DNA from: Octopus sinensis
Lineage: Eukaryota
NCBI RefSeq assembly: GCF_006345805.1
Contig: NC_042999.1
Coordinates: 124,992,001 to 125,056,000, forward strand
DNA: 64,000 nucleotides
Direction: 5' to 3'
Shown: positions 39,265-51,962 of the stretch, piece by piece
Numbering within the stretch: position 1 is the stretch's first letter
Layout: each line of letters begins with the position of its first letter
The notes under the pieces: generated by a model
What the model was told of the DNA's origin: nothing
The model's database searches: none
Seen by the model: the letters and a program-made list of their open reading frames with translations, nothing else
Made by a program: the position numbers and the translations under genes

Positions 39265-40620
39265 ACATCATCATCATCATCATTTACTGTTCATTGTCCA
39301 TGCTGGCATGGGTTGGATGGTGTGACTAGAGCTGGTAAGCTGGCAGGGAAGGGGGATGGGCTACACCAGACTCCAGTCTGATTTGGCATAGTTCCTATGG
39401 CTGGATGCCCTTCCTAACACCAACCACCACTCCAAGAGAGTAGTGTGTGCTTTTTACTTGTCATTGACACATGTACCAGTTACATAACACCAGCATCAAC
39501 CATGACTATGATTTCACTTGGCTTGACAGGGCTTCTCAAGCATGGAATATTGACAAAGGTTTTGATCACTTGTCACTGCCTCCATGAGGCCTAACATTTA
39601 AATGGTGCTTTCTATGTGCCACCAGAACAGGTGCCAGTTATGCGACACTAGTATCATCCACAACTATGATTTCACTTGGCTTGACAGATCTTCTCAAGCA
39701 CAGCATATCACCCAACATTTGAGGGTGCTTTTTTCTTGTCAGTTACACAACACTGTGTTTGGCCATAACTACAATTTCACTTGGCTTGATGGGTCTTCTC
39801 AAGCACAGCATATTGCCAAAGGTCTCAGACACCAACTTTCGAAGATCATGCTTCACCACCTTGTCCTATGTCTTCCTGGGTCTACCTCTTCCACAGGTCC
39901 CCTCCACTGTCAGAGTTTGACACTTCTTCACACAGCTGTCTTCATCTACATGCATCACATGACCATACTAGCACAATCATCTCTTGCACACCACATCTGG
40001 TGCCTCTTATGCCCAACTTTTCTCTCAAGACACTTACACTCTGTTGTGCATGCACACTGACATTACACATCCAGCGAAGCACACTAGCTCCAATTCTTTC
40101 AAGCCTATGCATGTCCTCAATGGTCACAGTACATGTTTTGCTGCCATGTAGCATTGCTGTTCTACATAGGCATCATACAATATACCTTTCACTCTGAGAG
40201 AGAGGCCCTTTGTTACCAACAGAGGTAGGCGCTCTCTGAACTTTGTCCAGTCTATTCTTATTCTAGCAGCTATTCTCTCAGAGCACCCACCCCTACTACT
40301 GACTTGGTCACCTAAGTAACAGAAGCTATCAACTACTTCTATTTTTCCCCACTGGCATTTGATGGAGCCTATTTTCTGTACATTTTTAGTGTTAATTGTA
40401 CCTGTGCACAGAAAAATTATTTTCCTTGTCAACCTTCCTCTGATATTGCTGCACCTTTTATGTTTCCATAGCTTACACTGAGTATGTCTTATGGAGTTTC
40501 TACAGATCGAGCAGGACCCTCTACCAGAAGGGATTTGTGATCTGTGATTTATCTGCTCACCTACTTACTAAGACTTAGGTTTTTGCTACATTAACTCTAA
40601 CCCCTTTGATTCTAAACCAT
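39265..40620 (-). mobile_element. 5'-truncated RTE LINE in THNSL1 intron 2
   Basis: ORF pieces IEVVDSFCYLGDQVSS...KGLSLRVKG and LHGSKT...RWMCNVS, with 3' UTR and (CAT)n tail. Confidence 0.9.
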
Positions 40621-41087
40621 GCTTCCACGTCTAAAGTTTCTTCTCTAGTTCTGGAAGTGATTCAGCTATAAGAACAAGGTCATCAGCATTAAATATGTTA
40701 ACCCTAAGGTAACCACTGACTATCTGTCTGTGTGTATGTATGTATGTATGCATGTATGTATGTTAGTATGTATGTGTGTATATATGTAAGTGTGTATGCA
40801 TATATATCTGCATGCACAGAGTATACTCTATCAAGTAGTTGAGATTAAGAAGAGCATCCAGCTGTAGAAGCCATGCCAAAGCAGACATAGAATATGGTGA
40901 AGCCCTCTGGCCTGTCTGTTCTTGTCAAACCATCGAACCCATGCCAGCATGGAAAAGGGACGTTAAATGATGATGATAATGACAACATACATACATATAT
41001 ACATGCATACATACATACATGCATGCATACATAACTGAAATTTGACTTCTTTCATAGATTTGTTTCTTTCTTCTTTTGTTTGTTAAG

Positions 41088-41369
41088 CTTTCTGAAGTTG
41101 GAATAATGATTTTTCTTAAAGAAGAAAGCAAAGCTATGATGAATTTTGAGACCAAACAGCAAACTGTTATTTCACTCACTTGTTCAAATCCTTTACATGT
41201 TGAAAGTTTCTCCAAAATATCCAAAAGTGGTGTGGTGGTTTTCCTAGATGTCAGCAAAGAAGACATCTTGAAACGTGCGACCAAAATGAAGGTGAGCAGA
41301 ATAAGTGGTTTCAAGGAAGAAATAGCTTTAAAAGAAATTCTCAACTATCGCCAAACTTTTTATGAAAAG
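41088..41369 (+). CDS. THNSL1: THNSL1-like exon: remainder of the kinase-like domain (LSEVGIMIFLKEESK...SLTCSNPLH...VVFLDV...YRQTFYEK)
   Basis: tgttaag| acceptor and AAG|gtattg donor; 282 nt, phase 0-0. Motifs EE.K, SLTxSNP, V(F/Y)LDV and R...Y.K are colinear with THNSL1. Confidence 0.92.
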
Positions 41370-44300
41370 GTATTGTTTTTCTTGTGTTTATTTTAGTTGT
41401 TTGTGTGAGGAACAGAACCAAAATCTTTGGATTTAGATTAGATTCATAAAACTCTTTAAACCTTGAGCCCAAAATATTGTATGAAATCTTAGTGTGAAAT
41501 GAGTCTTGATAATAATAATTATCAAGGCAGTAAGATAGCAGATTTGTTGCATGCCAGGCAGAATGCTTAGCATTTCATCTGTCTTCACTTTCTGAGTTCA
41601 AATTCCACTGAGGTTGACCTTGCATTTTATCCTTTTGAATTTCAGAGAGAGAGTAAGTCAATTACATTGACTCCTGTGCTCAATGGTACTTAATTTATTG
41701 AGCCCTAAAGGATGAAAGGAAAAGTCAACCCCAGCAGCATTTGAACACAGAATGTAAAAATGGATGAAATGCTACTAAGCATTTTGTCCGGTGTGCTAAT
41801 GATACTGCCAGCTCAAACAAACTCTATGTGGTCATTTAGTATGCTAGAAACAGCAGGTATCACATGAGTCTTATGCAATTTTGTTTTTCAACATAATTGT
41901 AATCAAAATGTATGAAGTAACAAAGTCAAAATGCATGAAATATCCTTTCCCCCAACTCTTTTTTCACATTAAATTCCTATATAATTGTAATCTAAACCTA
42001 AACCATCTGAAAGTTATTTGTAGAAAATTTCATAAAAAATCCCATTTTCTGAAAACTATTAGGAAACAATTAAAGCATGTGAATTAGCTGAAACTCCTCT
42101 CCTAAATTCTGATATAATCTACATCACCTAAAGTGTATTTGTAGAAACTATCATTAATAAATATCCATTTTTCAGAAAGTTATGAGGAAACAAATTTGTT
42201 GAGGCACATTTCTGTAGTTATGCTCTAAATTTACTGAGCGAATGAGTACCATTGGATGAATAACTGATACAAAGGAAACTTAGACGTAATGTATCAGAAA
42301 AATTACACAAGTTGGGAATCAAGTATATAAATATTGTTAAGGTAATATTTATCCCCACTTAAATGTGGATGTTCTGTTAGAACAAATTATACTGTAGTAG
42401 ATATCAAGAGAGAAACTCACAGGTTGGCTTTTGGTGCAGAATGCACTCTTGTTTATACCAAGTCCACCAGATCACATGAACTGACCTTCTTTGGTCTTTT
42501 CAATGATGAATGCTCAACTGCTAGAGATAGCAGTGACTTATCTCCCAGCCAGTGCCAGAACAGGTGCAGTGAAATTGTTAAAAAATATATATTCGCAACA
42601 GAGGCTATATTAATACTGATAGGCAATATTTATATTATCATATTTATTAATATGATATCATTAAGTAGAAAGACCATTCTCCAGGCAGTTTTTCTGCTAG
42701 TTTTGTTAAAACAATGTCATCCAGTTTGTAACTTTTTTTTTTAAATATGTATTTTTATACTTACTTTTCAAAGCTACCATATTTTGTTATATATTGTTTA
42801 TTATATATTGGCCACATAAGACTGTTGCACATTACTGCTAGTCTAGAAAAACATTGTATATGTATATCCATCCATCTATCTTTTCTGCCCATTATTCTTA
42901 GAAAAGTCATAGGGATACAATCCTCAGACATCTCCTCCCTAACTTTCAACCTCTTTTCCATCCGAGGGGTTTTTTACCCAGTATATTACAAACTATAGTT
43001 GATAGCTGTATTCATTTCAAGATACACTGTTAAATGACTTATTTGCATATTCCTCAATACTTTTACATTTATACTCTAAATGTAAACAACTAAAATTGTC
43101 ATGTTTATATATCACACTGAGCTTGATAATTTCAGTCATTAACCAGTTTAGAAAAAATACTGAAGAAAGACATTAGTGACACTTGCTAGTATCACTAATG
43201 TCTTTGTGTATCCACCAGAAATCTAAAAGTTCAATTGTTAGTTATGGTTAGATGCTTGAAAATCATGAAATGGAGAACCAAGAAAATCAGGGTTATTATG
43301 TAGCAGAAGCTGGGGTTAGTTGGAGCTCTTTCACTAAAATGTTTTTCAACATATGATTATATTGTTAAATCTATGGCATCATCTATTTTATAGATCTACA
43401 TGTGTGCAATAAAATTTGGCAAACACATTCAGCAGAGGTGTAGAGTAATTTCTGAAGAAATGTAATTTTTGTGACTCAAGACTAAATATTTCAACTTACT
43501 GCATCTTGGAATAAGTTTGTACATACTATGGAGTATGTTGGATCATACCAGTTATAAAAAAAAAATTCAAGAATTATGTTGGCATCATTTCAATTTTCAA
43601 TTCCAATGCAGTGTTTATCAAGTAACTTCAATTAGGCATGATTGATTGTCAATTGATTTGTCATCTATAAGCTTTTATTGATCCACATCATGTCTCTCTA
43701 TTTACTCTGGCTGATTGATAAATCAATAGGAGACACAAGTTTCTGTTGAGAATGCTTTGTTCTCTCACTGTTGTATGAAGTCATCAGAATAAATATTATG
43801 TCCTCACATTCATGTGTTCATATTTTAGCATTGTCTGACATTCTCAATTTGGGGCATGCACGACAAAATCTTTGCTTCGAACATGTTTCAAAATTTCGTT
43901 TTTGACCTCATTATCTTCATTCATTTTATCAACCAGTGCAACATAAGGCATTTTTTCTTTATTTCTTGCAAGATGTTCAAAAACATAGCCTCCTATCCAT
44001 ATTTTTGAAGGGTCTCCACATTCCTGCCATGTTTCTTGAGAAAATGATACATTCAGTCTTTGCGAGCCCTTTCATTCTTCACTCAAGATTGGACTATTTT
44101 CGGGCAAAGTTATCACACATATTCAAATGTCAAACTCCTCATCTCCTTTTGAGTTTAAACATGCCTAATTCATGTGCTGATGTACTTGTTATAGTGGGGT
44201 TAGTTGGGACCTGTTCCACTTATCCCCATGCAGCAATGACCTCAACATATGTGACACACACAACACAAATTGAGACAAGTAAATTATTTGCTGCCTCCTT

Positions 44301-44948
44301 TTAATTATATTCTACTAATTAATCAACATATTAAAGCATTCATTCCTGTCTACTGTACTTATTAAACAAATTCAACATTTCTTCTATCAAGTAAAAAATT
44401 TTACTGTAAGCTATGAAACATACAGAAGTTTTTCTGTTGACTTGAAGAACTTTTGCATTACCGTGATGATTCCAGTATGATTGAAATGTAGTATAAGAGG
44501 TCCTGACTAGGCATTTTCTTTCTGTTGAAAAGGTGTTTTATCTTGATACCTTCTATTATAGATAACATTCCTAAATGACCTTGCATCTAGACTCAGTAAT
44601 TAAATGAATGGATACATGTGTTAAGTGGTCTGCTTAAAGGCACTATAAAGTATTTGTGACAAACATGAATTCTTGACCTTATTTATCAGTAGACTAGTGT
44701 CCCCCCCCCACTCCTAGTTATTTTGCTTCTACATTTCTTGAAATATTTTTATTAATTGTAATTATTATTTACAAATGAAGAATCTAATTTAGTTTTATCT
44801 CTTGAACATTTTAACTCTTTCTTTTTATTTGAAAAAGTTGTTATATTAATTAACAATATAATTATTTTTATGCTTTTGAATTTCATGAACTTTGAAAAGT
44901 AAAAATATAACTAAAATCTTATATATATATCCATATTTCAATAAACAG

Positions 44949-45481
44949 TTTTATGACGTGAGAATTATATGTGAAGAAAACGAAGATCCATTTTCAATAA
45001 GTGAAAAAATATTTAAGACCCTTAACAAATTGGATAATCCTTTTGGTTATGTATCTACAAGACACACTACACAATCTGGACTACATCAAGGTCATATGGA
45101 TTTTAAGACTACTTTGGTCTGTGGACTTGCAAAAGATGGTGGCTTATTTGTAGCAGAGGAGCACAACTTTCCAGCATTGACACCTGGTCAGTGGAAACGT
45201 TTGGTTGGACTTCCATATAATAAAATTGCCTCGCGGATTCTTGAACAGTGGATTCATCCATCAGATCTAATTCCACAAACATTAAATACATACATTGAAA
45301 ATAGTTACAAAAATGAGATTTTTTCCAATGAAGATGTTATTTCTATAAAACATTTAACAGACAATCAATATATACTTGAATTATTCCATGGTCCAACAGC
45401 ATCATGTAAAGACTGTTCTCTGCAGTTGATGTCAAAGTTATTTTTAGAAGCTGTACAACAGGACACTCTAAAAAATAAAAA
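44949..45481 (+). CDS. THNSL1: THNSL1-like exon: linker and threonine-synthase N-terminal region, including GLAKDGGLFV and the PLP-lysine motif ELFHGPTASCKD
   Basis: aaacag| acceptor and AA|gtaagt donor; 533 nt, phase 0-2. YVSTR, GLAxDGGLF and LELFHGPT.S.KD are threonine synthase hallmarks. Confidence 0.95.
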
Positions 45482-45656
45482 GTAAGTAAAACAAGCTATA
45501 TTTTAGTGCATTTAAATATATTAGATCTTAGCTATATCAAAATACTAAGTTTGGCTATTTTATTTAGTATTCTACCTGAACAAAGATCTAGCATGTAAGA
45601 TGTCTATCTTAATATATTAACCAGTTGCTGAATTTTTGAAACAGCTGTGAAGAACT

Positions 45657-46215
45657 ATAATCATCAGTTAATGTCTGTTCTTCATGCTGGCATGGGTTGG
45701 ATGGTTTGACAGAAGTTGGTCAGCTGGAGAGCTGCTCAGACTTCATTTCTCTATGGCTGGATGCCCAACCACTGTAGAGAGTGTACTGGGTGCTTTAAAC
45801 AGAGTACTAGTATGGGTGCTTTTCCAGCACCAGCACTTTTACACAGCAGCAACATGGGCACTTTTACATGACACCAACATTGGCACTATTACATGACACT
45901 GATATGGACACCTTTATGTGGCACCAGCATTGGCACTGGCATGGATGCTTTTACTTGGCACCGGGACAGACACTTTTACATGGCACCAGCCCTTACAAAC
46001 CTTCAAAACCAGGATCTTTTGGCTGAGTGAGGGATGTATTGAAGACATGCCTGTATGCATGGACTGCTATGATTTTACTTAGCTTGATGTGTCTTCTTAA
46101 GCACAGCAAACTGCTTGAAATCTCAGTCCTGTCTTATCTCCTCTACGAGGCCCAACATCTGAAGATCCTTTCTCACCACTTCGTCCCATGTCTTCCTGAG
46201 TCTACCCCTCCCACA
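45657..46215 (-). mobile_element. RTE 3' fragment with a short internal tandem array
   Basis: Shared 3' terminus. Repeated tttacatg(g/a)cacc...ggcac units of about 20 bp at 45830-45990. Confidence 0.7.
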
Positions 46216-46628
46216 CATTCCCTCCAACTATATTTTTTCTTTGCCAAGTACGTTTGTGTTTACATTTATGCAGCATCTTTTATAAATGTAAGTTATGCTA
46301 TATATAAGTGCTTGTTCATCTTTTGTCTCTATATTTTAATACATATTGTGTATTCCGTGTTTGCTGTGCCAAAATTAATTTACAAAGTCTGTTAATGGCA
46401 AATTATTTTTAATAATTCTGAAATAATTTTCTCTCAGTGGTTTCAGAATGCCTGCAAAGAACATGGACACAGCTTTTTCATTCTAAAGAAACCATGAAAA
46501 AAATTATTTAAAAAAAACAAAAACTCATGCATGGTTGGGCAGTTAACAGTAGGAAGGGTGTGCAGCTGTAAAAGCAACTGCTTCACTGAATGAATCATGC
46601 AAGCATGAAATAATGGATATAAATCAGA

Positions 46629-46674
<46 letters not shown>

Positions 46675-47390
46675 TATTAAGGCAGCAAGCTGGCAGAACC
46701 ATCACTATGCCAGACAAAATGCTTAGGAGCATTTCTTCTACCTTTACATTCTAACTTCAAATGAAGCCAAAGTCAATTTTGCCTTTCATTTTTTTCAAGG
46801 TCGTTAAAATGAGAACTGGGATTTGAAACATATGAAGGTTGGCAACAAGAAGTGCATCTTGTCACAGAAAATCTACCTCAACAAATTCCATCTGACCTGT
46901 GCACATATGGAAAAGTGAATATTAAAACATTGGTGGTGGTGATGATGATGATGATGATGATCATCATCATCATCAGTATCATCATCGTCATTTCTTTAAC
47001 ATCTAGCATGGGTTTGGACAGAAATTTATTTGATGCAGGATTTTATAACTGGATGGTTTTCCTACCACCAAGTGTTACCTGTTCTTCAGATAAAATATTC
47101 TACCAATCTAAGACATCAAAAAGTACCTTCCCCTAGTTTCTTTTCTCCTAATTAGAAAAAGTATGCTCAGAGTAGGCCCATTCAGCAAGCGGTCATAATG
47201 TCAAAGAGGAATATTAACATCTGCACTACTTTGCTCAAGCAGAAACAAGCACAGAATATATGACTGTGTGGTTAAAAATTCGCTTCCCAACCACTCAATT
47301 TTGGGTTCTGTCCCTCCTCGAATAAAATTTAGACTAAGGCAGTTTTAACAGAGTTTAGACTCAAAAACAGGGGATTGGGTGATGTAAATA

Positions 47391-47903
47391 CCGTAAATCC
47401 TTGAGTATAATCCGCATTTTTTTTCCCAAAATTTAAAGGTCAAAATCCCTAGTGCGTACTATATACAATGTTAAAAATGAAAATTATTTTCTAAGCAATG
47501 TCCGAGTCTCTATTTGCTGTCTGGTTATGTGTATTCAGACGCATTTTGTGATGACAGGCGTGAAAATACCTTAAGCTAAGCCTGAAAGCAATGAAGTCAT
47601 AAAAGGATCATCCATAACTTGCAGTAATCAACATTTATTAAACGTTATTACTGTTATTTCTTTATTTTCTGCAAACAAAATGCACAAAAAAGCTACACTT
47701 TTGCATTATGTTATATATACAATAATAATAAAGGACGTTACCGTATACATTTTTATAAACCAAGAACGTTATATAGACCTTCTTGATTCAAGTTAGAGAA
47801 GGGGTGTGTATTATATACAAGGTTTAGGTTTTTCAGAGATACAGCCCCGTGAAAATCCTCTGCGTATTATACTCAAGGGCAGACTATACTCGAGGATTTA
47901 CGG
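47391..47903. mobile_element. pogo/Tigger-like (Tc1/mariner superfamily) MITE
   Basis: TIRs ccgtaaatccttgagtata / tatactcgaggatttacgg (18 of 19 complementary) with TA on both flanks. Confidence 0.85.
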
Positions 47904-48234
47904 TACTATAATGTATTTAATCTGGCACACTGTTACTATAGTAATTCCTCAAACATTCTTTTTATCTTTGTCATGTTAGATATCATTCCAGTTCTCTTCA
48001 TTGTTTATTCTAGCTTGAAATCTGTTATTGTAATTATCAGTCTTTCTTTACATATTGTTGCTACTACGTGATATAACTTAATAACGATCATACTAACAAA
48101 CAATTACACTTGACTCCAAGTTCTGTGTAAGATTGATAGACAATGAGCAGTTTAGCTTCACCGTAAGGCACATGGCCGGAGTCATCAAAGGATGTGGGTT
48201 CGAGTCTCATGACTTGTTGTTGACAATAATAGGT

Positions 48235-48630
48235 GTAGGAGTGGCTGTGTGGTAAGTAACTTGCTTACCAACTACATAGTTCCGGGTTCAGTTCCACTGC
48301 GTGGCACCTTGGGCAAGTGTCTTCTACTATAGCCTCGAGCCGTCCAAAGACTTGTGAGTGGATTTGGTAGACAGAAACTGAAAGAGGCCAGTCGTATATA
48401 TGTATGTATGTACATGTGTGTGTATGTTTGTGTGTCTGTTTGTGTCCCCCCAACATCGCTTGACAACCGATGGTGTGTGTTTACATCCCCGTAACTTAGC
48501 GGTATGGCAAAAGAGACTGATAGAATAAGTACTAGGCTTACAAAGAATAAGTCCTGGGGTTGATTTGCTCGACTAAAAGGCTGTGCTCCAGCATGGCCAC
48601 AGTCAAATGACTGAAACAAGCAAAAGAGTA
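48235..48630 (+). mobile_element. tRNA-derived SINE (family B), near full length
   Basis: gtggctgtgtggtaag ... ccgggttcagttccactg ... ccttgggcaagtgtcttctactatagcc ... gactgaaacaag. Further copies near 13250, 22310, 22780, 24160, 25020, 34340, 34510, 54500, 55830, 59760, 60258, 60720 and 61480. Confidence 0.85.
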
Positions 48631-49084
48631 TACACTCATCAGATATACAGGTTTTGGACTTAAGTTGAACACAGCAAAGCAGCCTGCTTTGTTGCGTCCA
48701 AGTACTAAGTTTGTACGTCTGAAAAGTATAAATCTATTAACCTCACATGAAACTTGAAGTCATGTGTAACTATTTGTAAGTATGATCATCATTAAATTAT
48801 ATGATACTTCCTCTGTCTTTTATATAGTTGAATGCTCTTTTTTTCTCTTTTTTTTTTTTGCAATGAACCATAACAAATCGGGTATATGTGTGTATGTATA
48901 TAAACAACTCCATGAATCTAATATTTCTAAAATCTCTATTATTCAGAAATATAATTTTGGATGTATTGGAATGTAATATAACATCGAATTTTATTTGATA
49001 TTGGATGACAAAATCCTCTCAGTAAGATTCAATGTTTTCTTTAGATTAACATGATTAACCATTCATTTTCACCATCTTTTACAG

Positions 49085-49155
49085 GTATGTGATTCTTGTT
49101 GCAACATCTGGAGATACTGGAAGTGCTGTGATAGATGGATTTTCGAAATTGGAAA
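49085..49155 (+). CDS. THNSL1: THNSL1-like exon (YVILVATSGDTGSAVIDGFSKLE)
   Basis: ttttacag| acceptor and A|gtgagt donor; 71 nt, phase 2-1. ATSGDTGSA is the conserved threonine synthase motif. Confidence 0.93.
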
Positions 49156-49501
49156 GTGAGTTTTTGTATGAGTCTCTATGAATGAAAAAATAAGAACTAT
49201 AATTAGTAAAATGTTTATTGTACCACTGCCAGATTTTTTTTTATGCTGGTAATATCTTGCAGTATATATTTCAGTTCTTTTACATTTTGAGTCCAAATCC
49301 TATCACAGTCAACTTTCAGTTCTGTATTTAAGAGATGAGGAATTATGGCCATTATTTACATTTGATGGATATTTGTCCTCATCTTGTTTGTTGTTAACAC
49401 GTTTTGGCTGATATACCCTCCAGCCTTCATCAGATGTCTTGAGGAAATTTCGAACCTGGGTCTTCATTCCTAAGGTATTTTTCGATGTTGTTGTTGTTGT
49501 T

Positions 49502-49526
49502 TTTATTATTATTATTATTATCATCA

Positions 49527-49622
<96 letters not shown>

Positions 49623-49668
49623 TCACTGCCACTAAACCCAAGATTCCGAGTTTGATTCCAGGCAGTGA

Positions 49669-49713
<45 letters not shown>
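49502..49713. repeat. (ATT)n and (AAT)n tracts flanking an inverted SINE-end fragment
   Basis: Read directly. Confidence 0.9.
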
Positions 49714-49718
<5 letters not shown>

Positions 49719-50104
49719 CAGACTGGAGTCTCGTGCAGCCCCTCAGCTTACCAGCCCTGGTCAAACCGTCCAACACATACAAGCATGGACAACGGATGTT
49801 AAATGATGATGATAATGATTATCATTATTTGTAAGGCAGCGAGTCAGCAGAATTGTTAGCATGCCTTTACATGTCTTTAAATTCTGAGTTCAAATTCTGC
49901 CAAGATCAACTTTGCTTTTCATTTTTTCACGGTCAATGACATAAGTATCATCTGAGCACTGGGGTAGACATAATTGATTAGCACCCTCCTTGATCAAAAA
50001 TTTCAGGTCTTTCAGGTCTATAGTATAAAGAATTATTATTATTTGTACATTAGACTACTCAAGTCTTGAACAGTTGCTTAAATAACTCTGATAAATTCTT
50101 TAAG

Positions 50105-50209
50105 GTAATGGATCCCTCGGTGTGATGGTACTTTACCCAAAAGATGGTGTCAGCAAAATACAGAAAAAACTGATGATCAACGCAGATAGAAAAAACGTCC
50201 ATGTTATTG
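50105..50209 (+). CDS. THNSL1: THNSL1-like exon (NGSLGVMVLYPKDGVSKIQKKLMINADRKNVHVI); the gene continues, but later exons were not found in the window
   Basis: ttctttaag| acceptor and G|gtaaat donor; 105 nt, phase 1-1. LYP..GVS.IQ..(Q)M is a threonine synthase motif. No stop codon is reached. Confidence 0.9.
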
Positions 50210-50439
50210 GTAAATATAATTAAATTTTTTTCATTGTATTTGTCCGAACATTTCACAGTTTAGTGCCAATATTCTTCTCATGTCTACCTTAACTGATGGA
50301 CGGGAATGACTAAATAAGATTTGAGCCAATGCAGAAGCCTCTTAGTGGTCACTTGATCTGCTACAAGTAGCAGCTAAATCTTCCTCAAATTGCACCCAAT
50401 TATCTTAAAAAGGAAGGGCATATTGGATAATGTGGTTCT

Positions 50440-51962
50440 GTGACTGGGAGGGTTCACCAAGGATCAGTTCTCAGCTCCTTCTTATTCATTATAGTCCTCC
50501 AAGCAATAACAGAGGAATTCAAGACAGGCTGCCCTTGGGAGCTCCTCTATGCTGATGACCTTGCTCTAATAGCTGAGTCACTGCTAGAACTAGAGATGAA
50601 GTTTAGAGTGTGGAAGCAAAGTTTAGAATCGAAAGGCCTGAGGGTTAACCTAGCAAAAACCAAAGTTTTAGCAAGTAGGAAAGCTGTCAAATCACAAACC
50701 CCTTCAGGTAGATGGCCCTGCTCGATCTGTAGAAAAGGTGTAGTTAGAAACTCCATACGATGTACCCTGTGTAAGCTATGGACACATAAAAGGTGCAGCA
50801 ACATCAAAAGAAGGTTAACCAGGAAGATAGTTTTTGTGTGTGGCAGATGCACAGGGGCAATAAACACTGAAGATGTACAGAAGACAGATTCCATCACATG
50901 CCAGGAAGAAAAACTAGAAGAAGTTAATAGCTTCCGCTACCTAGGCAACTAAGTCTGTAGTGGGGGATGATGCTTTGAGAGTGTAGTGGCTAGAATAGGA
51001 ATAGCCTGGGTAAAGTTCAGGGAGCTCCTACCTCTGCTGGCAACTATGGGCTTCTCACTCTGGATGAAAGGTAGACTGTATGATGCATGTGTGTGAACTG
51101 CCATGCTACATGGCAATGAAACATGGGTCATGACTGCTGAGGACATGTGTAGGCTTGAAAGAAATGAATCTAGTATGATCTGTTGGATGTGTAATGTCAG
51201 TGTGCATACACGACAGAGTGTGATCAATCTGAGAGAAAAGTTGGGCATAAGAAGCATCAAATGTAGTGTACAAGAGAGATGACTGTGTTGGTATGGTCAT
51301 ATGTGTTACATATGGATGAGGACAGCTGTATGAGGAAATGCCACTCCTTAGCTGTGGAAGGAACCTGTGGAAGAGGTAGACCCAGGAAGACATGGGACAA
51401 GGTGGTGAAGCATAACCTTCAAACATTGGGCCTCACAGAAGCAATGACAGGAGACTGAGACCTTTGGAGATATACTGTGATTGAGAAGACCTGCCAACTA
51501 AAGTGAGATTGCAGCCATGCATGTCCGGCCCAGTTGAGAGTACCCCTGATGCATCAGGAAACATGATATGCTTGAAAAGACTTGTTGAGTCAAGTAAAAC
51601 CAATATCGTAGCAGTGACCAGTGACCCCTGACTGGCTCCTGTGCTGGTGGCACGTAAAAAGCACCATCCAAACATGTAGATGTCAGGTTCACCTGACTGG
51701 CTCCCGTGCTGGTGTCACATAAAAAGCACTATCTGAACATGATCAATGCCAGGCCTGTCTGACTGGCTCCTGTTCCGGTGGCACATAAAAAGCACCCACT
51801 ACACTCTTGGAGTGGTTGGCATTAGGAAGGGCATTCAGCTGTAGAAACATTGCCTGATCAGATTGGAGCCTGGTGCAGCCGTTGGCTCTCCAGACCTCAG
51901 TCATACTGTTCAACCCATGCCAGCATGGAAAATGGACGTTAAATGATAATGATGATGATGAT
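50440..51962 (+). mobile_element. 5'-truncated RTE LINE (RT motifs, PHD-like insert, 3' UTR, (GAT)n tail)
   Basis: HQGSVLS..LF..VLQAI, WELLYADDL, a C4HC3 finger at 50719-50850, and FRYLG. In-frame stops and frameshifts downstream. Confidence 0.95.

Noticed and set aside
42176-42341. Exon-like segment (ttttcag ... aag|gtaat) inside the THNSL1 locus
   Set aside because: It has stop codons in all three frames, and exons 41088-41369 and 44949-45481 already join in frame with colinear homology.
43590-44330. Coding-like stretch, including the ORF at 43936-44304
   Set aside because: No recognisable motif, and many stops in the alternative frames. Probably a decayed transposon, but it cannot be assigned.
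44892-44948. N-terminal part of the 197 aa ORF (MKSKNITK...); likewise the extensions of ORFs 38845 and 41076
   Set aside because: This is intronic read-through upstream of the AG acceptor; homology begins only at the splice site.
49385-49445. CTGATGA-aggctg...cagcc-AAAAC hammerhead-like motif on the minus strand
   Set aside because: GAAA is mutated, and I could not form stem I or a valid NUH site. At most a remote relic.
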